64,000 nucleotides of DNA from Polyangiales bacterium (GTDB taxonomy: Bacteria > Myxococcota_A > Polyangia > Polyangiales > JADJQN01): the NCBI GenBank assembly GCA_964202905.1, contig CAXNJO010000002.1, positions 480,001-544,000 on the forward strand, in the 5' to 3' direction. The stretch's first letter is position 1; each line of letters starts with the position of its first letter. Below are positions 1 through 10,884 of the stretch, one piece after another. Under the pieces are notes generated by a model. It was not told where the DNA came from. It did not search any database and saw nothing but the letters and a program-made list of their open reading frames with translations. The position numbers and the translations under genes were made by a program.

Positions 1-1830
1 GACTGCGACGGCACCGCCGACGAGGGCTGCGACTGCCGCCCCGGCGAGCGGCGCGGCTGCTACACGGGCCCCGCGGGCACCGACGGCGTCGGCATCTGCG
101 CGGGCGGCGAGCAGACCTGCGACGTGCGCCCCGACGGCACCGCGAGCTGGAGCGCCTGCGCGGGCGCGGTCCTGCCCGGCACGGAGGCGTGCAACGGCCG
201 CGACGACGACTGCGACGGCCTCAACGACGAGGGCTGCGAGTGCGACGTCGGCGCGACGCGCGCGTGCTATCCGGGCGCGGCGGCCACGCGCAGCGTCGGC
301 CTGTGCGCGGACGGCGTGCAGAGCTGCGTCGGCTCCGCGTCCGGCTCGAGCTGGGCGGCGTGCACCGGCGCCGTCGAGCCCGCGCTCGAGGTGTGCGACG
401 GCCGCGACAACGACTGCAACGGCGTCGTCGACGAGGGCTGCGGCTGCACGCCGCGCACGACACGCAGCTGCTACGCGGGGCCCGCGGGCACGCCGGGCGT
501 CGGCCTCTGCCGCGAGGGCGTGCAGACCTGCGCGCTCTCGGCGGATGGCACGACGTCGGCGTGGGGCGACTGCGCCGGCTCCGCGCTGCCCGCACCCGAG
601 CTCTGCAACGGCGCCGACGACGACTGTGACGGCGTCATCGACGACGGCTGCGCGTGCGTGCCGGGTGTCACGCGCTCCTGCTACGAGGGCCCCGCGGGGA
701 CGGCGCGCGTCGGCCTCTGCCGTGATGGCAGCCAGCTGTGCCTCTCGGGCGCGGGCGGCGTCGGCTCGAGCTGGGGCACGTGCATCGGCTGGCTCGGCCC
801 CGCGACGGAACTCTGCGACGGCGCCGACAACGACTGCGACGGCGTGCCCGACGAGACCTGCGCGTGCGCGATGGGCACGTCGCGCGGCTGCTACTCGGGC
901 TCGCCCGCGACGCGCAGCGTCGGCGTGTGCCGCGACGGCGCGCAGATGTGCTTCTTCTCCGGCGGCAGCGCGGGATGGGGCGCCTGTGCGGGCGAATCGC
1001 TGCCCGGCGTCGAGTCCTGCAACGGCCTCGACGACGACTGCGATGGCATCGTGGACGATGGTGTCTGCTCGGTGGCGCCGCTCGCGATGTGCCCGGCGCC
1101 CGCGACCACGCGCCCGCTCGTCCCGGTGACGCTGACCGGCAACGGCAGCGATCCGGACGGCGGCGTCATCGCCGCGTGGCGCTGGGAGCTCGTCTCGACG
1201 CCCGTCGGCGCGACGGGCACGATCTCCGCCCCGAGCGCGCGCACGACGCAGTTCACCCCGAACCTCGTCGGCGTGTACACGCTGCGTCTCACCATCACGG
1301 ACGATGAGGGTCAGACGGCGACGTGCACCACCACCGTGACGGCCACGGGCGAGGGCATCCGCGTCGAGGTCACGTGGAACACCGCGACCGACATCGACAC
1401 GCACATGCTCCGCCGCGCGGGCGGCACGGGCTGGTTCAACAGCCCGAACGACTGCTACTACAGCAACCGCACGCCGCTCTGGGACGCCGCCGGCACCGCC
1501 GACGACCCGCGCCTCGACATCGACGACACCAACGGCTTCGGCCCCGAGAACATCAACATCGACGTCCCCGTGACCGGCTCCACCTACGGCGTCGGCATCC
1601 ACTACTACTCGGGGACGCCGGCGACCTCGGTCGTGGTGAAGATCTACTGCGGCGACATCTCGACCACGCCCGTGCGCACCCTGACGCGTACGCTGACCGT
1701 CGGCGGGGCCGGGTCGGAGTCGAACGACTTCTGGCGCGTCGCCGACGTCGTCTGGAACGGCGGCGACTCGTGCACCGTCAACACGATCAACACGCTCACG
1801 ATCGCGTCGACGGCGCGCACCTCGCCTTGA
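1..1830 (+). CDS. Secreted Cys/Asp-rich repeat protein (putative metal-binding repeats + PKD/Ig-like domain + C-terminal YfaP/DUF2135-like domain); 5' end outside window
   Basis: Frame open from base 1. Five full and one partial ExC[ND]GxD[DN]DC[DN]G repeats about 70 aa apart, then GSDPDGG..WRW..YTLRLTITDDEG (PKD-like) and IRVEVTW..DIDTH..LDIDDTNGFGPENI. Confidence 0.8.
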   Translation, partial: DCDGTADEGCDCRPGERRGCYTGPAGTDGVGICAGGEQTCDVRPDGTASWSACAGAVLPGTEACNGRDDDCDGLNDEGCECDVGATRACYPGAAATRSVGLCADGVQSCVGSASGSSWAACTGAVEPALEVCDGRDNDCNGVVDEGCGCTPRTTRSCYAGPAGTPGVGLCREGVQTCALSADGTTSAWGDCAGSALPAPELCNGADDDCDGVIDDGCACVPGVTRSCYEGPAGTARVGLCRDGSQLCLSGAGGVGSSWGTCIGWLGPATELCDGADNDCDGVPDETCACAMGTSRGCYSGSPATRSVGVCRDGAQMCFFSGGSAGWGACAGESLPGVESCNGLDDDCDGIVDDGVCSVAPLAMCPAPATTRPLVPVTLTGNGSDPDGGVIAAWRWELVSTPVGATGTISAPSARTTQFTPNLVGVYTLRLTITDDEGQTATCTTTVTATGEGIRVEVTWNTATDIDTHMLRRAGGTGWFNSPNDCYYSNRTPLWDAAGTADDPRLDIDDTNGFGPENINIDVPVTGSTYGVGIHYYSGTPATSVVVKIYCGDISTTPVRTLTRTLTVGGAGSESNDFWRVADVVWNGGDSCTVNTINTLTIASTARTSP

Positions 1831-1930
1831 CCCGTCACCCCGCTGCGTCGCGCGTCTCGACCGCGGGGCGCGCAGGCGCAGCGGTGCGGCCAAGGATGTG
1901 CGCGGGCGGCCGGCGCATCGGCCCGCAGTC

Positions 1931-2812
1931 TCAGCGGCGCGCCGCGGCGAGCAGGGCTCGGGCGAGCGCGTCGGCGCCGTCCGCGGGCGGGGTCGTCACG
2001 TGGAGCGCCGCGCGCATGGCGCCGTCGTCGTGCGCGCGGCGGATCGGCACCCAGCGTGTGTTGCGCGCGAAGCCGAGGGTCTGCGCCTCCCAGAAGGTGT
2101 TGTAGCCGGGCGCGGCGACGAGCTGGTCGCCCTCGCGGAGGGCCCCGAGCCAGCGCGCTGCGGGAAACGGCGCGCCCGCGTCCGCGAGGTCGAGCGTGCG
2201 CCATCGCCCCGGGTCGAGGGCGCGCGCGGCGTCCTCGAGGACGGCGCGATCCTCGGGCAGCCCGGCGCGGACCACGAGACGGAGCGGGCGCGACGCGGGC
2301 TCGTCGAGCAGCGCGCAGAGCGCGTCCCGAGACACGACCTCCTCCGGCCGGGCGACGACGAGCGGCGACCAGGGCTCGAACGGCTCGAGGCCCGGCGCCG
2401 GCTCGATGGCGAGCACCCTCTCATAACGCGATGCGTCAAATCGCGCCTCCCGCGGCCCGACGAGCCACGCGGGGGGTACGGACCGGAGCAGCAGCCACGC
2501 GGGACACGGGAGCGGCACGAACACGAGCGGCACCCAGAAGACGTCGATCACGAGGACGTCGGGTGCGAACGCCGCGAGGGCCTGCGCGAGGGCGGTCGTG
2601 GGCGCGCGGGACCGATCGCGCAGGGCCGCCGGATCGATGGACACCGTCTCGAGCCACGGCGCCGCGCGGGCGGCGAACGGGGATGGCGGCGAGAAGATGC
2701 GGTAGTCGGCCTCGCCGTTCCGCGCGAGCGCGCGCCCGAGGGCGACGCCCCGCACGAGGTGCCCCGCGCCGGCGCTTCCCGCCGTGAAATAGGCGATCCG
2801 CGGCGTGGCCAC
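1931..2812 (-). CDS. Glycosyltransferase-like (GT-B fold) protein
   Basis: GTG start just after the upstream gene's stop; N-terminal IAYFTAGSAGAGHLVRG, PDVLVID and C-terminal AAPGYNTFWE motifs. Confidence 0.6.
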   Translation of the reverse strand: MATPRIAYFTAGSAGAGHLVRGVALGRALARNGEADYRIFSPPSPFAARAAPWLETVSIDPAALRDRSRAPTTALAQALAAFAPDVLVIDVFWVPLVFVPLPCPAWLLLRSVPPAWLVGPREARFDASRYERVLAIEPAPGLEPFEPWSPLVVARPEEVVSRDALCALLDEPASRPLRLVVRAGLPEDRAVLEDAARALDPGRWRTLDLADAGAPFPAARWLGALREGDQLVAAPGYNTFWEAQTLGFARNTRWVPIRRAHDDGAMRAALHVTTPPADGADALARALLAAARR

Positions 2813-2817
2813 GCGCC

Positions 2818-5205
2818 TCAGGACGACGCGCAGAAGTCGGCGAAGTCGAGGTCGCCGAGGTCGGTGCAGTCCGCTTCGGCGGCGCAGGAGACACCGGACA
2901 GGGGCGGCACGCTCACCGGAATGTCCCCGGCGAGGAACGGGCACGCGCCGGGCTCCGGCTCCTGGAAACGGAACAGACCGTCCGGCCCCGGGTCACCGTC
3001 GAGGCAGAAGCGTCCATCCTCGCGCGGACGCACGATCGCGACGTCGTCGACCGCGCGGACCTCGAGGGGAACGCGAAGCGGGACGCCCCCGCCGAGGAGG
3101 CGGCCACGGACGCAGGTCGCGAAGGTCTGGGTCGTGAGGACCTGCGGGCCGAGGTCGAGGCAGTCGGGGCCACCACACACCGCGACGGCGCCCGACGCAC
3201 GCGTCCGGAAGAAGGCGTGGTCGCGGCGGGTTCGCGTCTCGCGGACGATCTCGACGGTCGAGTCGAGGTCGCGCCGCGCCGACACGCAGAAGCTGCCATC
3301 GGCCGCCGTCTCGGTGCGCGTCGCACGCGCGCTGCCGACGGGCGCGGCACGCACGATGGCGCCGGCGACGGGGGCACCGCTCGCGTCGAGGGCGGTGCCC
3401 CGCAGGCAGCCCACGGTCTCCGCGACGAGGTCGGCCGACACGCACGTGGCCGGCGCGCCGCAGGAGCCCGCCGCCGCCGGGACCACGACGCCGCGCCGTT
3501 CCGCGGCCTCGGCGGCCGTGCCGTCCCGCTGGAAGCGGACGATGTCGTACACGCCGCCGGCCGGGACGGTCGCGCAGTACGTCCCGTCCGGCCCTGGGCG
3601 CGTGTAGGCCACGCCCAGGCGTCCGAGGATGGCCAACGGGTTGCGGTCGGGCGACTCGGCGAGCCCCGTGTACGTGCCCGCGATGCAGGCGTTCGCGCGC
3701 AGCGTGATGTCCCCGGCGTCGGCGCAGGACGGGCCGCCACAGCTCGCCTCGGACGACGGCGGCGTCTCGAACGCACTGCCGCGGATTGGGGCACCGCTCG
3801 CGTCGCGCCCCTCCACGAAGAGCCGTGATGGCAGCGCCCCCACCACGGGCACGCAGAACGTCCCGTCCGCACCGCTGCGGGTCGATGCAGTGCGACGGGA
3901 CGTCACGGCCAGCACATCGGCGTCCTCGACGGGCGCTCCCGCGACGTCGACGGCACGCCCGCGGACGCAGCCAACCGCCTGCGTGACGTCGAAGGTCAAC
4001 TCGCCGACGTCCGTGCAGACCCCGGGAGCGCCGGTGACGACGCGGGCCGAGGCGGGGCGCACGGCATCGACGAAGCGCGCGACGAGCTCGACGGTCGACG
4101 ACGCCCGCGCGAAGACGGTGAAGCGTCCGTCGCCGTCGATCGCGCCGTAGGCCGCGCCTGCATAGTCGACACCGACGGTGGCGATCGAGGCGAGCGCGGT
4201 CGCGAAGCCCGGGGACGCCAGCGCGCGCCCCGTGATGCAGGTGCGGGTCGCGGGTTGGTCGGCGTTCCACCAGGTGAAGTGCGGGACCGTCAGGCGATGC
4301 AGCAGCGCGCCCGAGCCCGGCTCGACCTCGAGCGCTGCGGTGCCCTCCTCCACCCAGAGCCCTTCGACCTCGTCGAAGGACCACATGGGTACGCGCGCGT
4401 CCTCGAGCGACGATGGGCCGGCAGGCAGCCGGAGGACCGCCTCCCGCCCGGCCGCGAGCTGGACGGGCGCGCCCGTCGCATCGTCGAAGAGCCGGACCTC
4501 GGCGGCGCCCCGGCTCTCGAGAAACACCTCCTCGCCCGTCGCGGCGCGTGCGGACATGTCTCCGGGAAACGCGAGGAACGCCTCGCCGACGAGCTCACCC
4601 CCGCCGAGCGTTGGGATCGCCGCGATGTCCATCCGGACGCGCGCCACGGCCGCTCCCGACGCGTCGACAACGCCGCCGGCCGGCAACTCGACACCGACGA
4701 GCGCGCCGCCTGTCCCGCAGGGCGTGACGGGCCGAACCCGCTCGCCCGCGGAGAGATCGAGCACGGTCCGGCAGCCGCGGAGGAGACGGGCGTCGATGCG
4801 CGCGACGCCGCCCGGCGCCACGTTGACCACGAGGTCGGAACTCGAGAAGACCGCCCCCGTCCCGGGCGGCTCGACGTGCACCAACACCCGCGCCCCGGAC
4901 GGGACGTCCGTGAGTTCGAACGACCCGTCCGCGCCGGTCACCGCGCGCGGCCCGCCCCCCACGGAGACCGTGCACCCCGCGATCGGCGCAGCGTCGAGCG
5001 TGAGCGCCTCGAACACCCGCCCGGACACGCGCCCGAATCCGCCCGACCCCGCATCCGTCGCGGCGTCGGGCGGCCCGCCATCGGGCGTTGCGGCGTCGAC
5101 GGGCGCGCCCGCGTCGACGGGCGTGGCGTCCTCGTCGCCGCACGCGGCGAGCACGAGACCGGTGAGCAGAGCGAGGCCGAAGAGACAAGCGCGTCGTGCG
5201 AGCAT
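2818..5205 (-). CDS. Lipoprotein with several carboxypeptidase-regulatory-like domains
   Basis: Lipobox LAAC, DAG-rich linker, repeated GrxxDxxGAPVxxAxV..TxxDGxFc units, PHFTWWNAD motif. Confidence 0.75.
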   Translation of the reverse strand: MLARRACLFGLALLTGLVLAACGDEDATPVDAGAPVDAATPDGGPPDAATDAGSGGFGRVSGRVFEALTLDAAPIAGCTVSVGGGPRAVTGADGSFELTDVPSGARVLVHVEPPGTGAVFSSSDLVVNVAPGGVARIDARLLRGCRTVLDLSAGERVRPVTPCGTGGALVGVELPAGGVVDASGAAVARVRMDIAAIPTLGGGELVGEAFLAFPGDMSARAATGEEVFLESRGAAEVRLFDDATGAPVQLAAGREAVLRLPAGPSSLEDARVPMWSFDEVEGLWVEEGTAALEVEPGSGALLHRLTVPHFTWWNADQPATRTCITGRALASPGFATALASIATVGVDYAGAAYGAIDGDGRFTVFARASSTVELVARFVDAVRPASARVVTGAPGVCTDVGELTFDVTQAVGCVRGRAVDVAGAPVEDADVLAVTSRRTASTRSGADGTFCVPVVGALPSRLFVEGRDASGAPIRGSAFETPPSSEASCGGPSCADAGDITLRANACIAGTYTGLAESPDRNPLAILGRLGVAYTRPGPDGTYCATVPAGGVYDIVRFQRDGTAAEAAERRGVVVPAAAGSCGAPATCVSADLVAETVGCLRGTALDASGAPVAGAIVRAAPVGSARATRTETAADGSFCVSARRDLDSTVEIVRETRTRRDHAFFRTRASGAVAVCGGPDCLDLGPQVLTTQTFATCVRGRLLGGGVPLRVPLEVRAVDDVAIVRPREDGRFCLDGDPGPDGLFRFQEPEPGACPFLAGDIPVSVPPLSGVSCAAEADCTDLGDLDFADFCASS

Positions 5206-5354
5206 GCCGCGCGGTAGCGTCCGACCTCGCGCATGTCAACGCCGTTCCACGGCGGAGCGTCGTCACGCCGCCTGCGCCTCGAAGCGCGCCGCGAGGACGC
5301 CTACACGCGTGTCGTTCGCGGGCACGGTCCTGCGTCTCCGTTATCCTCTCGGCC

Positions 5355-5975
5355 GTGCAGACGAACGTCGAGGGCTACTTCACCGAAGGCTGCGGGCGCT
5401 GCACGAAGTTCCGCACGCCCGCGTGCAAGGTGCACCGCTTCCCCGAGGGGCTCGCAGCGCTGCGCGCGCTGCTCCTCGACGCCGACCTCACCGAGACCAT
5501 CAAGTGGGGCGCGCCCTGCTACACGCACGACGGTCGGAACGTGGCGATGCTCGTCACGCTCATGGACTCGTTCGGTCTGAGCTTCTTCGGGGGCGCTGCG
5601 CTCGACGACGCCGACGGCCTGCTCGAGCTGCCCGGCCCGAACTCGCGCATCGGGCGTGTCGTGCGCTTCCGCTCGAGCAACGCATTCATGGCGCGCCGCG
5701 CCGCGACGAAACGACTCGTCGCGCAGGCCGTCGAGCTCGCGCGCACCGGCACGCGCGTCGCGCGAAACGCGGAGCCTGAATCACTCCCGGACGAACTCGC
5801 GGCCCATCTCGCGGGAGACGCCGCCCTCGCGCGCGCCTTCGCCGCGCTGACGCCCGGGCGCCAGCGCAGCCACATCCTCCACGTGCGCGGCGCGAAGCAG
5901 GCCGAGACACGCGTACGGCGCGCGGCGCAATGCGCGCCGGACATCCTCGCGGGCCGCGGTTATCGCGAGCGCTGA
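5355..5975 (+). CDS. YdeI/OmpD-associated family protein (DUF1801 + OmdA-like)
   Basis: LTETIKWGAPCYT and AFAALTPGRQRSHILHVRGAKQAETRVRR motifs; GTG start inferred. Confidence 0.85.
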   Translation: MQTNVEGYFTEGCGRCTKFRTPACKVHRFPEGLAALRALLLDADLTETIKWGAPCYTHDGRNVAMLVTLMDSFGLSFFGGAALDDADGLLELPGPNSRIGRVVRFRSSNAFMARRAATKRLVAQAVELARTGTRVARNAEPESLPDELAAHLAGDAALARAFAALTPGRQRSHILHVRGAKQAETRVRRAAQCAPDILAGRGYRER

Positions 5976-6087
5976 GCGGTACGCAGCGCGACGGCGCGAT
6001 GAGTTCCTGGTCCCCTGCGAACGCTACGTCGCGCGACGGGACCCAACGTGGCTCGACGTGATCGTGGGATACCCGCCGCCTCCCCCG

Positions 6088-7372
6088 CTACGGCGTCGGC
6101 TGAAAGCGCTCGAACCACGCGATGTCGCGTTGGATGTAGTCGGCGTACATCGGTTGCTCGGCGCGCATGACCTTCACCTGGAAGCGAATGGCGCCGAGCG
6201 AACCCGTCTCTGCAACGATCGCGGGAAACTGAGGGGGATTCATCGACACGAAGACGCCGATGGCGTCGCCATCCCGGTTGAAAAAACCATCCGCGTTCAC
6301 GAACCCCGCTGCGCGCAGCTCAGCCGCCATCGCGCGGGAGGTCTCGCGCGAAATTCCGGCGATGCGGCTGAAGCGCTCGTCGTACAAGGGTGATGGTGGG
6401 TGCTCGACGTAGTCCGTCGCGATGCCGCGACTGGCGAGCATGCGAGAGTTCGTGCGCGCCTCGCTGTTCGAGACCTCGGGATTGTCTTCGTTGCCGCACA
6501 TGAACCAAGCCGATGGCGTGGTCGACATGGGCCCGGAGCGTGCCGCCGTGGCGTCCGCGCAGTAGCTGCGCCACGGCGGCAAAGCGCAGCCGCGGGAAGT
6601 CACCCGCCGCAGCGCTCGCGCCGACGGTCCCGAGGAAGTGGCTGAACGAGCCGCCCGCGGACATGCCGAGCGCAAACTTCGGTAGGCCTGCGGGCACGAG
6701 GCCACGCGTCTCGAAGCTCGCGAAGAGCATCTCGAGGTTCCGGAGATCGACGTTGTCCGCACGAAAGACGGCGGCGCTTGCGAACCATCGCTCCTTGCCG
6801 TCGCCATTCAGGTCTCCCGCGACGGCCTCTTCCGCTTCGGTGCCCATCACGCCATACCCGGCGCGCACGAGCGCGACGGCCAGCGCAAAGGGCTCGGTGC
6901 CCTCGATGAAGGTGTTGGAGCCACCGGTGCCGTGGCTGAAGAGCACGACGCCGCGCATGTCGGCGGGGAAGTGATAGCGCACGGTCTTCGGCCGACTCGT
7001 GCTGCCGAGAAACGTCTCCACCAGGAGCGTGAGCGGCTGAGGCTCGCTGACCGCCACGAGGCGCACATCCCGCTCAGGCATCACGAAGCTCGTGTGCCAC
7101 TCCGAGGGTTCGGCCAGCAGAGAGGCGTCACCCTCCCAGGGCCGTGCGACCTCGGCCGTGGCCGAGGCCGCCTACCACACATGCACCGTCGTGCCTGCGC
7201 GATACGTGCCGGAGCCGTATCCGCCCACGACCTCCACCGTGAAGGGATCCCCCGCATCCGCGGGTGCGCCGGAATCTGCACCGTGGCCGTGTCCTCCCGG
7301 CGCCCCTCCACAGGCCGCGACGCAGACGAGTCCGAGCCAGCAGGCCGAGAATGGGATTCTGAATGTCATCAT
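6088..7372 (-). pseudogene. Disrupted lipoprotein alpha/beta hydrolase
   Basis: Lipobox VAAC; in-frame TAG at 7172-7174 with the frame continuing into ORF 6320..7084 (HGTGG, GMSAGG nucleophile elbow); +1 base near 6568 joins ...FAAVA to SYCADA... ending at 6088. Confidence 0.7.
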
Positions 7373-7515
7373 CGATGTACCCCCAATGCCATGGAAACGA
7401 GGACTGTTGTCTCCCACGCAGCACTCTCACACACCGACCTTACGGAGACCTGAACGAGCCGCGCCGCCCATCATGTGAGGCGTGCGGCGCACGTGCCGAC
7501 GTGCGACGCGACAAC

Positions 7516-8112
7516 TCAGCGTCCGGCGCCGATGCGACGCGCGCGGGCCTCGACCTCGCGCAGCCACGCCTCGCGACGCGCCGGCGTCGTGCGCTTGAGC
7601 CGCGCGAGGAAATGCCGCCGCACGCTGCGCACGCCGCAGTACCAGAACACGGCGAGATACACCGACACGAAGCCCGGATCGAAGAGCCCGACGAGCGCGG
7701 GCGCGTCGAGCGTGTAGAAGAGATGCACGGTCTTCCCGCGCAGCAGCCCCCGCGGAAACACCGCGTTCTCAGGCCGCCCCTCGTAGGTGTAAGCCACGCC
7801 CGAGACGATCACGCGATCGACGAAGCCCTTGAGCATCGCGGGGAATCCGCCCCACCACATCGGATAGACGAACACGAGCACGTCGCACCACGTGAGCAGC
7901 GCGCGGTGACGCTCCGTCTCGGCGACCTTGTCGAGCTCGCGACGCCGCCGCGTCTCGTCGACGACGAGCGCCGGGTCGAAGCCCTCGGCGTAGAGGTCGA
8001 GGACTTCGACGCTCGCGCCGCCCGCGCGGAGCCCGGACGACACCGCCGTCATCACCGCGTGCGTGAAGCTCTTCAAGTTCGGGTGGCAGTAGACGACGAG
8101 GACCTTGCGCAT
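7516..8112 (-). CDS. NAD(P)H-dependent oxidoreductase, flavodoxin-like fold (MdaB/quinone reductase family)
   Basis: MRKVLVVYCHP..SF, DLYAEGFDP and FVYPMWWGGFPAMLKGFVDRV motifs. Confidence 0.9.
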   Translation of the reverse strand: MRKVLVVYCHPNLKSFTHAVMTAVSSGLRAGGASVEVLDLYAEGFDPALVVDETRRRRELDKVAETERHRALLTWCDVLVFVYPMWWGGFPAMLKGFVDRVIVSGVAYTYEGRPENAVFPRGLLRGKTVHLFYTLDAPALVGLFDPGFVSVYLAVFWYCGVRSVRRHFLARLKRTTPARREAWLREVEARARRIGAGR

Positions 8113-8209
8113 GGGTCGCGCAGCGTAGCCCGCGCGACGCGGCGTCACGAGGCGGGCGCGCAGCGGCGACGGGTGCGCCTCAGCGCTCCGACGGGTCGCT
8201 CGAACGCCA

Positions 8210-8251
8210 GCCGCACTCCTCGAGGCGCGTGTAGAGCGTCTTGCGATCGAC
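8210..8251 (-). pseudogene. C-terminal Fis-type HTH remnant of a sigma54-dependent regulator
   Basis: Minus strand reads VDRKTLYTRLEECG directly beyond the IS remnant; very short. Confidence 0.45.
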
Positions 8252-8254
8252 CTG

Positions 8255-8850
8255 TACAACCGCACCCGGAGGCTCGCTGCCGGCTGCTTTGCCATCGTGC
8301 GCTCGAAGCGCGCGGGTTCATGTTGCCCTGCGCCGAGCGTCGGCGCTCTAGGTTGTCGATGACCTCGAGGTAGTCGAACAACTTCGTCTTCGCGTCCGCG
8401 TGCGAGTCGAAGCGCTCGCCGAGCTCGAACTTCACGGCGGAGAAGAAGCTCCCCAACACAGCATTGCCGTCGCAGTGGCCCCGGCGACTCATGCTGCATG
8501 TCAGCCCGTTTTGGCGCAGCCGTCGTGGGTCGTCGCTGGCGTACGGGCTGCCCTGGTCGCTGTGATGCAGCAGGTCACCGCCCGGCCGCCGGTGCTGCGG
8601 CGCCGCACGGAGCGCCCTCATCACGATGTGACGGTCGTTCGCGGCGCTGGTCGCCCAGCCAACGACGAGGCGCGAATGAAGGCCGAGCAGGGCAGCGAGG
8701 AACCGTCTCGCAGCGCCGAATCCGTGAGGTCGAGATTCTTCGCGACCTGCGTGACGCTGCCGCTCTCCTTGAGAGCCAGGGCGACCGCCCCGGCCCTGAA
8801 CTCGTCGCTGAAACGACGCCGCGCGCGACGTGCCTTGCCCGACACGTGAA
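8255..8850 (-). mobile_element. Internally deleted, degenerate IS3-family element
   Basis: OrfA N-terminus (RRRFSDEFRAGAV..VTQVAKNLDLTDSALR) joined near 8705 to OrfB core (SRLVVGWATS..HHSDQGSPYAS..MSRRGHCDGNAVLGSFF); catalytic E appears replaced. Confidence 0.85.
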
Positions 8851-8939
8851 GATTGTGCCGCGCGGCACGCTCGCATGGCGCTCGGCGAGGATGCACCGTC
8901 ATGGAGCACGACCGAAGCGGCGATCGGACGGGCCATACG

Positions 8940-9467
8940 CCCTGAGCCACACGGCATCCCGGCGATCCAGGAGGGCGTCTCCGACGGTCGCTTGGTCGAG
9001 CCGCTGGTGCGGCAGGTCAGCGCGAAGTCGAGCTGAACACGCTGGCAAGCGATTCGGCGATCCGCATCGCGCGCGCATCGCCCGCCGACGGCGAGAGGTG
9101 GAATGCGATCCGCGACACGGCGAGACCGCGCGAGAGTCTCTGCGTGCCGACGGGCTCGCGGCCCGCGACGAGGTGTGTGTCGGGCGCGGCGTGGACGTGC
9201 TGCCGACGCTCGAACCAAACGGGCCGTCCGACGTCGTGTTCGTCGCCGCCGACAAGACGAGCTACGACTGCGCACGGGCGCTGGGCCGCCGCGCATCCAC
9301 GTCCGAGAGACCCCCTTCTCGACGACAAGGTGCACCTCTTCGGCGAACTGCTCGCCGGCACCCCGTTGGCGCAGACGCTGCGACGCTTTCACGAAGACGC
9401 CCGAGCGCTCTTCGAGACCGTGTGAATCCCTACGCCTGACGGACTGCTGGTCGGCGTGAAGCGCTGA
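8940..9467 (+). pseudogene. Degenerate O-methyltransferase (caffeoyl-CoA OMT/MdmC-like)
   Basis: Pieces across frames: HGIPAIQ.GVSDGRL, ECDPRHGETARESL, GPSDVVFVAADKTSYD, HLFGELL, ETV*IPTPDGLLVGVKR*. Confidence 0.7.
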
Positions 9468-9510
9468 TGTGGCCGGCGACGAACCCGCGCAATCCATGTA
9501 GGCTCACGCG

Positions 9511-10866
9511 ATGGTTGATCGACTCGAACTCGGAGTGGTCGTGGCGATGCGCGCAGAGGCGTTTTCCTATGTCCGGATCGACGCTCCTGGATTTTTTACC
9601 CCCGCGCAGCTCGTCACCGCCCTCTCGGACTCTCGTCTCGGCGAGTTCCTTCGCGGCAGTCGTCGCACGTCGGTGTTGCTGAATGCTTCGCTGGCCGAGC
9701 GGATCGGCACCGACGACACCGACTGGCTCGGCGCGACGTGGGCGCCGATGATCGCCAGTATCGGGGTCCGCAAGCTCGCGTTGGTGTCGCCAGAGCCTAT
9801 CCATCAGCTGTTTGGTCAGGTGTTTCAGCTCGCCGCGCGGAAGGCGGCCGGCGCCGGGATCGAACTGCGCTGCTTCCCAAGCGGGCAGTTCCACCAAACG
9901 TGGGAGTCGGTGACGTGGTTCGACGACCCGGGCGGCGCGGGCGGCGCAGCCGGCGCAGGCGGGGCGCCAGTCGTCGAGTCGCGCGCGCCCTCGCTGCGCG
10001 GCAGTATCGAGGTCGCGGTGCCGCGCGATCACTGGAGCGCGGTGTTCGCGTCTGCGGCCGCCGGTGGCGCGGTGACGGGAGCCGCAACGATGTCCGCTTG
10101 GCTGGGCATGGTCCGCTCGCTGGGACTCGCGGAGGTGATGTTCGAACCCTCGATGTTGCTCCCGGCAGCGCTCGTTGGCGTCGTGAGCGGGCTCGCTGGT
10201 ACGTATGTGGTGCTGCTGCTGCGCGACTGGCCGCGCACGCGCATCGGCTGGGGTGAACAGACCATCATCGAGTACGTGGGCGAGCGTGCGCGCACAACCG
10301 TCGACCGCGCGCGGATGCGCGCGGTGTGGACGTTTTCCAGGGTGCAGTTCGTCCGCAACAGGCGCGCGATCCGGAGCGGGATCGGAGGGCGCATGTTGCA
10401 GCTCTCGGACGGCAGCGGGCCGACGATCACGGTGGCGGAGGGCGAATTTCGGGCGCCTTGGCTGCGCAATCAGCCCTGCCAGGTCACCTCGCTCGATCCG
10501 TTGCTCGCCCTCGTGCCATCGGCTGCCGAGGGCGCGATCGTGCCCTCCGATCGGGCCTACCATCATCGCACGTCGGTATTCTTCGGGCTTCTCGCCGTGA
10601 TGGCCTATGGCGCGTTCTGCGCCGGGATCGTCTTGACCAACACGCGCACCGAGGTCGCCGCCGCCGCGTTCTCGTTCCTCGTCGGCGCGGCGCTCTTCGG
10701 CCTACGCGCCCTCTGGCCCACCGCGCGTCTATGTCGTCGGGCGCCGGGGGGGCGCCTCGCGGCCGGCGCTGAGCTCGTGCTTCGACTCTTTGCGACCACG
10801 CTCGTTGGCGTGCCGCCCATGGCGTGGCTGCTGATTGAGTTGGTCAATTCTGCGATGCGTCATTGA
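9511..10866 (+). CDS. Hypothetical multi-pass membrane protein
   Basis: 451-aa ORF with a soluble N-terminal domain, G/A linker and several hydrophobic helices. Confidence 0.6.
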   Translation: MVDRLELGVVVAMRAEAFSYVRIDAPGFFTPAQLVTALSDSRLGEFLRGSRRTSVLLNASLAERIGTDDTDWLGATWAPMIASIGVRKLALVSPEPIHQLFGQVFQLAARKAAGAGIELRCFPSGQFHQTWESVTWFDDPGGAGGAAGAGGAPVVESRAPSLRGSIEVAVPRDHWSAVFASAAAGGAVTGAATMSAWLGMVRSLGLAEVMFEPSMLLPAALVGVVSGLAGTYVVLLLRDWPRTRIGWGEQTIIEYVGERARTTVDRARMRAVWTFSRVQFVRNRRAIRSGIGGRMLQLSDGSGPTITVAEGEFRAPWLRNQPCQVTSLDPLLALVPSAAEGAIVPSDRAYHHRTSVFFGLLAVMAYGAFCAGIVLTNTRTEVAAAAFSFLVGAALFGLRALWPTARLCRRAPGGRLAAGAELVLRLFATTLVGVPPMAWLLIELVNSAMRH

Positions 10867-10884
10867 CTCGAGGGCTCGATAGAT

